In this document: positions 54,651-64,000 of the stretch, one piece after another | Position numbering within the stretch: the stretch's first letter is position 1 | Layout of the letters: each line of letters opens with the position of its first letter | NCBI RefSeq assembly: GCF_001194135.2 | Contig: NC_068993.1 | Coordinates: 64,179,365 to 64,243,364 of the forward strand | Length of the DNA stretch: 64,000 nt | Direction of reading: 5' to 3' | Source: Octopus bimaculoides | Taxonomy: Eukaryota | Notes under the pieces: model-generated | What the model was told of the DNA's origin: nothing | Databases searched by the model: none | Seen by the model: the letters and a program-made list of their open reading frames with translations, nothing else | Position numbers and translations under genes: made by a program

Positions 54651-56112
54651 CGATTTTTCTTTTAACTGAATTGTGTAAACGGTGAAACTCTTCTCTAAAT
54701 AAGCGAAACTGCTGGTATCATCATATCTAACGTTTTGATTATCAATACTATTTAATTACGATGATTATGAAATAATATTGGTGATTATCTGGCATTCTTT
54801 AAGAAGAAGAAAACAGCTGTAAGCGTTTCTGATTCTTAAGTCCGTCAGCGAGAGTAACGCTTCCGGCATTGCTTCCTAACACAAAAATTGGATTGTCAGA
54901 AATTTGACGTTTTTGAAGATTAAGTATAACTGATTAAGAATAATTTCGGTTTAAACAAATGGAGTAAAAATACTTATTACGAGCAGTTTTTGAAACGTGT
55001 ATCTCAGGTGTGTTTCACCAAGTGTACCTGAACTTGATCATCCAAATTGATGAACTAGATGTCCAGTTGCTATGGTCATGAAATTTAAAGTAACGAAGGC
55101 ACGCGGCTGCTTTACATGCTAGAAATAAAATTTAGTTATTAGGACTATATACCTTAAATCGGGGAATAATTAAAATACATAGTCCTAGGAGTATTCTGCC
55201 AAGAAACGTACAAAGAATAACTTAGATCAATATGTTCTCAAATTTTCTTCAGGTGATTTCGTCGGAGAAGGGGCAGCATCCATGCCCCTTTTCTAGGGCT
55301 GTGTGACTTGGGTATGAGAGCAATGCAGTCGTCCTTAGACCGGAGGCCTAGACGAAATGCTCGCTACAGAGTAAGATTTGCTAAAGACAACTAGAGGCTG
55401 TATGGTGTATTTTCGCCAAGTGGCGGACTAAAATCAATTATCATGGCAGTACGTTACAGAAGTTTGTTACAACATTCTTGAACATGATTTTCCCGTTTCT
55501 TTACAACTTCTGTTCATTTAAACACCAATAAAGAGATGTCGTTATTGGATTATATGTCTTGTTCTCATTCGTATAAATTTACCAGCTCGTAAAATATTTA
55601 AAATGTGCTCTGGTATGATTCAATTTCGAAATATGAAACTACCTAAATCTTCATTAAATGTCATTCATGATAGCATCGATTTTCGCGAAAACTTACAGAC
55701 TTAGAAAATGACTCCTGACATTCACAGACCGACGTAAGTAAAATTCAAAGAAACGATTAAGAAGAGACACAATGTTATCGACAATTCGCAGAACCTAAAA
55801 TCTCAAAATAAAAATTAAAGTGTTGTTAAAAAGTTCGTTTCGAAAACACATTTTCTCAGGTTCAATATTTTCCCTCTTTTTTTCTGATATAATCTTCACT
55901 GGACAGTACTTTGCTAGCTTATTAGAATGGATAGCAAAATGTACAAAACTTCTTGTCTATATATATTTCATTAAAGCTTCAAAATTAACGCAGAACTGTT
56001 ACTCAGAGTTTCACGTTCCTGTTCGTCGGACAGTTGTGATGAATACTTTACATTTGGTATTCGAGTGCTATCTTTCCACCTTGTTTTGCATTTATGCATT
56101 CACCTGAATATG

Positions 56113-56214
<102 letters not shown>

Positions 56215-56278
56215 GTACGCATATGCATATANNNNNNNNNNNNNNNNNNNNNNNNNNNNNNNNNNNNNNNNNNNNNNN

Positions 56279-56318
<40 letters not shown>

Positions 56319-58229
56319 CACAAACACACACAAATATTGTTTACGTAATAAAAATTTTGAAACTTTGAAAGAGCACTAATTCATTTTTCACCGTTGACTA
56401 CCATGTAGATAAAGCTCAAACTAATAGTATGTAAATACTGATTTATAAGATTTGAAGATTTCCAATGGGACTGGGGCCCACATTCTCTGTATACATGACA
56501 AACATTTTACCGATGAGCTAAGGAAAACTTCCGAGTTTCTCTGTTTATTTTGGAAACTATTTCCTTACCAGAAACAATTGTATTTTGTTGAGGCCATTAC
56601 AATTTAGAATCTTCGAGAGTACATAAGATAATGATTCATTGACACAATGCGTGGGTTTGTCTCCTGACCTTCCTAACAAATTCTCTGAACAGCCAACAAC
56701 ACAGATTCAGACTCAAGTGCTTGCCTCATGCATCATATAAATGAACTTGAGAGGAAGTGATAGTCATATCTTTCATCAGTCTGAAATTAGACCTGTTAAC
56801 TTCGTTCTCTTTTATTTGTACGACTTGTTGGAATGCATTGTATTAAAACGAAAGGTTAATTCAAAATGTTCTCTAGCCATTGCTTTCTACAATATTGAAC
56901 AACTCTCTTTCGACTAGTCACACAATGAGGGTCAGCCTAGTTGACGGAGTCCCAAAAGTTCCTTGTCTTTCTTCCACTAAATTATGTTGACAACCTTTTT
57001 CTAGTAAAACAGGTCTTTGAAATTATTGTCCGAAACAAATGTCTGCGATGTTTTTTTCTTTTACAATACAGTTTATAATGCTCATTTTTATGAAATTGTT
57101 CAGCAAAGTCAATTTTCGCATTTAAGTAAACCTTTTCTTGATCGATGCGCTAAATCAAAGTGTGAAATATTTTGTCAGTTTTCTCTCCTATTTTCAAACC
57201 AAAATTTTCAAACCACACGCAACGTAATTATTATCGCATTCTTCTACAAACCACTGTGCTGACGTGTAGAAAATACGACAGGAAAAATAATATACATTTG
57301 AGCATTGTTGTTTTTTCTGCGAAAGAATTTTGAAAACTTTCCTACATATGTTTCAGTCGTATGAGTGAAATGCATAACACTGGTTATGAAAGGATAGCAA
57401 GAGATGAAAGAAGCAAAACGGAAAAAGAGGTCATTTACCTGATATTCGAGAAACTTGGTTAATATTTATCAACGAAAGCTGAGCAATTTCTTCGTGCACA
57501 TAAATAACTTTATCTAAACTACAGAGCGAAATTCTTGGTCACGATTAAATTGCAGGCCCCAATAAAACTCCACCCGAAAGTAAACACGATAGCATAAAGG
57601 TAAAAGCAAGCTTAGAGAATGAATTCACCAGTAACACAGTGTATGGATTTCATGGTGGAAAGTTTGTGCATAGGAAAATGTGTCAAAGAACACATTCCTT
57701 TACCCGAAATAGTTCCAAGAGATAATGAGCAGTAATATTTTCTAGAATGCATCTTTAAATACAGGCATCACAACTCTGAAATGAACTGGAGAGTTTGGTA
57801 ATTGTAGAATTCTTAAAAACTGGTGAAGTTTACGTCAAAAAGTGGATGAACCAAAATAAGACCCTGCCAAAAATTATGAGGCAGAATTCTAAAGCATGAT
57901 TGTAGCACCCAGCATAAATAGATTTATTTTCCGGCATTAACTTTTTGTGACGGAGGAGACATACTGGTATGTTGCCGATTAACTGACGTCAGTATTCTGC
58001 CAGATCTACTGTGTGAACTATATAAAACAAAATGATGTTGCTAACTAGCTAAAGTAGCCTCGTCACCTGAGAAGACCAGCGACGGCCGCAAATAAATTCA
58101 CTTACGAGCCATTTTACAATTACTTTTGAATTTATTTTACCCTGACTCTATTCATAGGCATATATGGGCGCAAAACGGTCCTACGAAACATTAAATATTG
58201 TGTGCCTATGCCTAGATTATATTAAAATA

Positions 58230-58287
58230 CATACACACACACACACACACAAACACACACACGTGTGTGTGTGTATGTGTGTGTGTT
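58230..58287. repeat. (CA)n directly followed by (GT)n: fold-back microsatellite
   Basis: ..cacacacacacgtgtgtgtgtgt.., centred on ACACGTGT at ~58259-58266. Confidence 0.9.
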
Positions 58288-59086
58288 ATAGTGAAAGCTA
58301 TAGGCAATAAATCAAAGAACTAGCGACGAGTGAATACTGCAGAAAATGGAGCCCAATTTCCACATAACGTGAATTAATTTCTCAATTTACATTTGGAATA
58401 AAAGAGTAACTCGTCTATAGATGTTGTTCATGTGCCCAACAGAATGTTCCAAAGCTGGGAGTCAGCCTAATTTCTAGTCTATCTTGGCCGATATATTGAC
58501 AGTCTTGGACTCAGCATTAAGTACTGTTATATATATATGTGTTTGTGTGTTTGTGTATCCGCGCACATGTATGTATTTATTAATGTAGGTATGTAGGTAT
58601 ATATGTGCGTATCTCATAGGAAACAGTCACGCATATCTTAAGAATGTCCAATGTATGTGTATATAACTATAAAATATCTGTGTATCAACGCACAAATTCG
58701 TGTATAACTATATTAGTCTCTTTGACTTATTAGGTTAGGCTTCAACTGAGATATGCATATATAAAAGAATTAATGAACAAGAACACGAATGCTACCCCAC
58801 TCCACCCCACACAGACACGAACGTTCAAAGGCACGCACGCGTGCAGTCACACACATATCTACGTATGTGTGTGAAAATGTCTGTGTGGCTGGTTATTTAC
58901 GTTAGTATTCAGAAAAACTGAAGCATGTCTATCGACTGAAAGTTGATAGTTTCTTTAGTAATAGGTGCGTTTAACTTAGCTTGCTCACAGACTAAATAAG
59001 AGAGAATTACAAACAACAGAGAGACAAAATTTGCTTGCTATCAAAATGTCATTTATTACTGAAAAATATAGAATGAGAGCAGGGGT

Positions 59087-59130
<44 letters not shown>

Positions 59131-59574
59131 TCGGAGAAAAAAGGGAGAAATGGTGGAAATTAGACAACTGACTAGAGGGAGTGCGAGTGGGAGGTGGTTT
59201 GATTGTTAGTGGTGGTATAGCAATGAATACTAAAGCAGTAGAGAGAAACTTCTTAACTTTTGGAAGATTTCCCTTCTGTCACAGAACGGATTCAATTCTC
59301 TTTCGAAATAAAATTGAACGCCTGCCATGAAATGCATTAAATATAATTAATAACAAAAATATATGTTATACGTTATGTGTTATATGAATTTATGTTTTTA
59401 TACTACTTTAGAATGGCATCGTTTCAAACAGACCCTACTTAAAACTTCTACTAGTATTCATAGAATGACCAAATTATATGCAATTATTCGGTTTTGTCAT
59501 GTTTTTACTTTATTTTTCTTTACCCGAATGCTGTTTTGTTTCTCTACTCCATGTTTTTGGGAAGCATACCGTAT

Positions 59575-59629
<55 letters not shown>

Positions 59630-60269
59630 GCCAAACCTATATAGATTCATACATAGAGATACACAGACACGCAGAAACAAACATAAATACATACATATAC
59701 AAGACGTTAAGTGACATACGCCTGGAAGACTATTCTTTTGTGTAAGAAAAAACTTCTTAAACTTTCGATATTAATAAATATCCTGATAAAGAGTAATGTA
59801 TCTTTGAACAAATCTAATGAAGCGCCGGTTTAGGCTGATGAATATCATTCGGGTTTCTACTGTAAAAGTCGAGGCAATATTTGAAAGTAGGTCAATAATT
59901 GCTGGTCGTGGAACTATGATGAAAAAGTCCAGTAGATTTGTGACTGGTCCCACGATCTGTTACATGAAGAGGAAGTGGAGCTATTTGCATTTTCAAATGA
60001 AGCATTTCCGCTCGCAAACTACGTTCTTTGTGAAGGAATATACTACTCTACTTTATAAAAGAAACCATCGGATATACAGAGGAGATGATAGCACCAACAG
60101 CACAGCTAACTTCCCCGCCTCGAGGGAATAATGAAATATTTGAACCACTCCTCAGTGTAAAACGATAACGTTCACACAGATATAGGTCTGCTGGCTCTAT
60201 ATGATCACATGGTAGCCACTTCAGATCAAATAGATTTGTGTATGAAGTACACAAAAGTATATGCAACAA

Positions 60270-60314
<45 letters not shown>

Positions 60315-60739
60315 TAGCTTAGAGCGAGATTAAAGAAGTCCAATGTTTGCATTGACTTGAAATTGAATGAATGAGCCGTCATTACACGAATCGGCAGAAA
60401 ATCAGCCAATTTAAGGTCAAAGAACACATACATAAACTGAAAGTATATATATTCTTTATATATTGAAACTCTTTATAAAGGATATGATTTTCCTGGAATA
60501 CACTTTTGTTCATTATTTTTATTCAAATCCTAATTTCAAAAAACTGTGTTTTATTCAAAGCAGACGGTTCTGATTTCTATACCTTCCGATGTTTATTGAC
60601 GTAATCCTTTGTTATTTTAGTTTTTTTTCTTTTTTCCACATCAATACCGACAGTCTGTAGACAGAATATCTTTAGTAACAAAGTCAGTTTTGAATTTGCA
60701 AACCACTTTATGTAACATCATGATAAGCTGCCCCAAACG

Positions 60740-61080
60740 CTCTGATCTGCTGACGAGAGTAACTCACATCTAAATTCTTAATCCATGTGTCCATCCTTCC
60801 ATCTTCTCCGCTTACTATTCCTTGGAGGATCATGGAGTTCGAGTCCTCAGGGCTCCTCTGCTTTCGGATCCTATGAGAAGTATCCATCATTACTCTTTCC
60901 GGCTAGATTTCCAACCGTGACCAACTGAGAATATGGAGAGGAGGAAACACACTTCACTATTAGTTAATGTTTTCAAAGTAGTGGAACACGTCGAGTACAA
61001 TGATTTTAAAAAGGTAATACGAGGAAAACATCGGATAGAGTCATGATTGAAAGAGCACTGACCGTCTTGTATCACATGGC
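60740..61080 (-). mobile_element. RTE-clade LINE 3' remnant
   Basis: RITFLKSLYS..TNSEV..VGH and SMILQGIVSGEDGRMDTWIKNL match the RTE C-terminus (RRxLRISY.D..TNEEV..GH..ILQGxVEG.R.RGR...W.DNI). Confidence 0.7.
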
Positions 61081-61965
61081 TGAACGAAGGTTAAACCAAA
61101 GCAAAACACTAGTTGGTCACCCAAATGAGCCAAATATAAATAATAAGGGAACTTGTACTTTCACCTTTTAATGTCATCAATATTTTTACAGCGCTGTGCT
61201 TCCTAAGTTTGAACATCATCACAAAAAAGAAAAAACAGTATCAGCAACAGAATCCCTTCATGAGTGTAGACCTCCTTGGTACTTAAGATTAATTATTATG
61301 TAAATAACCCACAGCTACACTTAATCAGGCAATGAAAGTCTTCTATATTAAATAGAGTTTCTTATGTTTTTGTTTACCTCTTAAGACTATCGGATTCTGT
61401 TGTAGATTTTACTGTTAAGCATTCCAAACATCCACGCTAAAAATTAGAGAATCCGAACTGGGTAGACAAGCATTTATATATACGCACGCACATACATACA
61501 TACATATGGTCTTTCATGTGTACTAAACTATAGTGTTCATATGCATGCCACTGGCAAGTCTAACTTAATTTCATTAATTCATTTTTCTTTCATTTGTACA
61601 AATTTTGTAGGTCATAAATATTTTCTCCTGAATTTCTGAATGTCTCTTGTCTGCTGGCGATAGTTTGAACAATTGTCAAGATAATGATGTCAATTGAGGA
61701 AGAAACGCGTGCACAGGACTCTTTCATGAACTCCAAACAATTGAACACTCCTTTTCCTAAGAAGCATATCAAATTCGGATAACTGTTGTTTCTTCAGTTT
61801 AATTCAACTTCTGCTTTCAGTTCTTCTTATTTGGCATTTGAGGATTGTTACACATTTATCAAGAGACAAAGATGGTATTAAGAAATGAAGGATTTAAGCC
61901 CTGTATTCTTTGTCTCTCTTTCTACTTACCACACACAGACACACACAGAGACACACACACACACA

Positions 61966-62042
<77 letters not shown>

Positions 62043-62539
62043 NNNNNNNNNNNNNNNNNNNNNNNNNNNNNNNNNNNNNNNNNNNNNNNNNNNNNNNNNN
62101 NNNNNNNNNNNNNNNNNNNNNNNNNNNNNNNNNNNNNNNNNNNNNNNNNNNNNNNNNNNNNNNNNNNNNNNNNNNNNNNNNNNNNNNNNNNNNNNNNNNN
62201 NNNNNNNNNNNNNNNNNNNNNNNNNNNNNNNNNNNNNNNNNNNNNNNNNNNNNNNNNNNNNNNNNNNNNNNNNNNNNNNNNNNNNNNNNNNNNNNNNNNN
62301 NNNNNNNNNNNNNNNNNNNNNNNNNNNNNNNNNNNNNNNNNNNNNNNNNNNNNNNNNNNNNNNNNNNNNNNNNNNNNNNNNNNNNNNNNNNNNNNNNNNN
62401 NNNNNNNNNNNNNNNNNNNNNNNNNNNNNNNNNNNNNNNNNNNNNNNNTATATATATATGAATGTATATGTGTACATATGTGTGTAAATGTGTATATATG
62501 TACAATATATATATATATATGTGTGTGTGTATATACTCC

Positions 62540-63300
62540 ATGCCCGGAGGTTGGTTCATCTCGTATCGTAGATACGAGAATGTCTATCCCCTTCTCAAAG
62601 ACACCTGTATCCACATTTAGTAGGTGTCTTAATCATTTTGGCAGAACACTGACGGGATCGAATCTTGGACGTCCACACTGTTGCAGTACCTGATCCTCAC
62701 TTTAGATGGCGTAGATAGTAAATTTTGTGTTACGCAGTGTCGCATTATACGGGTATTTATAAAACTTCTGATGCCAAAGTCAGGTACAAGCCTTTCCAGA
62801 AATGTTCACATGTAAATCACTATATGTCTCTTGTATCTTCGCGCCTGGGAGTAAATCCTTAGTCTTTTTAGCCTTTCCCAGTAGTTGCTCACTTTCGAGG
62901 AACTGGATCGCTTCAATCCCCGTTGTCGGTTTCACACTATACAACGCCCGCAGCAATCGTGCAGTAAAAGGCTGTCAACAACGCCTGCCACAGATTTCAA
63001 TGCGGCTTCTTGTTCTCTTTCGTCCCTGGGATTGCACCGTCAACGGGTCCTGTGGTGCATTGGCGAGATGGTAGCACAATGCTTGAAATTTCCAGCATTA
63101 AACTACATGTTCTCTTGTTTAATCTACTTGTGTATTGCATTTACACCACGTTGCAAGCTTTCAACATCGCCAAAGTTCTTCACAAGCTATGCTGTGATAC
63201 CATCGGCATAGCTTCTGATTGTGGATATCTGATGACCTTGGGCATGGCTAACAGAGCTGTTAAAAACACTAATGTCGCCAGAACAGTTTCCTGCCTGACT
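62540..63300 (-). mobile_element. CR1/L2-group LINE 3' remnant (RT domain 5 to C-terminus)
   Basis: IRSYADGIT..DVESLQRGVNAIHK*..ENM*FNAGNF; SNYWERLKRLRIYSQARRY..; ..VLPK*LRHLLNVDTGVFEKGIDILVSTIRDEP. Multiple stops and frameshifts. Confidence 0.82.
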
Positions 63301-63789
63301 TTAATATTTTAAGAAGTCACGTAGAAACTTGCCTAGTTTACCGGTTATGCCAGATCTCTCTGCTTGTGTCATATCATGCTATGATCTATCTTATCAAAGG
63401 TCGTTGCAAAGAGAAGATATGTCACATCGACATTTAAATGGTTAAGCAGTTACTTAAAAAAAGAAAAATGGTATATTGTTGCCAGAGGTGTGTGAGTCAG
63501 CTTTATCTCAGGCGGACACATATTGAGGAACGTTCAGCAAGTTATTTACTTCAGCTGACAAGGACGCTGCCATGAGCAATTATAAAAAAATATATGGATA
63601 TTAGCGTCAAAGCTGTTATTTAAATTTTGATATATAACCAAGGAGATCGATTCATAAGGAGTTTACTATAGACCTTTGTGGGCGGATTTTTGCTGTTTTG
63701 GTAACGATTGCATGTTTTATCTCACCAATACATTTGGTAGATATCATTATATGAACATATATATATATATATTTGAGTGTTTGATACCC

Positions 63790-63965
63790 CACCGTCGCTT
63801 GACAACCGATGTTCGTGTTTACGTTCCCGTTACTTAATGGTTCGCCAAAGAAACCGATTGAATAATTACTAGGTTTAGACAGAATACGTCATTAGGTCGA
63901 TTCGTTCTACTAAAGGCGGTGCTCCAGCATGGCTGCAGTCAAATGACTGAAACAAGTAAACGAAT
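63790..63965 (+). mobile_element. Tail module of SINE family A
   Basis: caccgtcgcttgacaaccgatgttcgtgtttacgttcccgttactta..aggcggtgctccagcatggctgcagtcaaatgactgaaacaagtaaa, followed by (TA)n. Confidence 0.9.
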
Positions 63966-64000
63966 GAGAGAACAAAATAAAATAATATATATATATATAT

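Noticed and set aside
59817-60131. 104-aa non-repetitive ORF
   Set aside because: No recognisable motif and no convincing splice sites; ORFs of this length arise by chance or from old TE debris.

Overview
Eukaryotic, AT-rich genomic DNA that is dense in microsatellites and almost free of genes. It comes from a gapped draft assembly, and the N-runs are almost all flanked by TA, CA/TG, CT or GATA tracts. From memory, the SINE families and microsatellite load match a coleoid cephalopod, most likely Octopus; this is an inference, not a search result. Nearly all ORFs in the supplied track are artefacts of microsatellites or N-runs. The only plausible host coding piece is a probable terminal exon at 153-413 (+) of an unidentified gene lying upstream of the window. 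The rest is transposon debris: three tRNA-derived SINE families; a structurally complete 730-bp non-autonomous Helitron carrying telomere-type (TTAGGG) repeats; a 5'-truncated R4/Dong-like retrotransposon with a restriction-like endonuclease (RLE), lying between two (CA)n tracts; Penelope-like, RTE and CR1-type LINE fossils; Tc1/mariner fossils of at least three families (mariner, DD41D rosa-type, DD37D maT-type); and several minisatellites. I found no intact novel multi-gene system. The best leads are possible microsatellite-targeted retroposition (CA and TAT), telomeric-repeat cargo in a Helitron, SINEs that carry microsatellites, and a 21-bp minisatellite that reads as a coiled-coil heptad.
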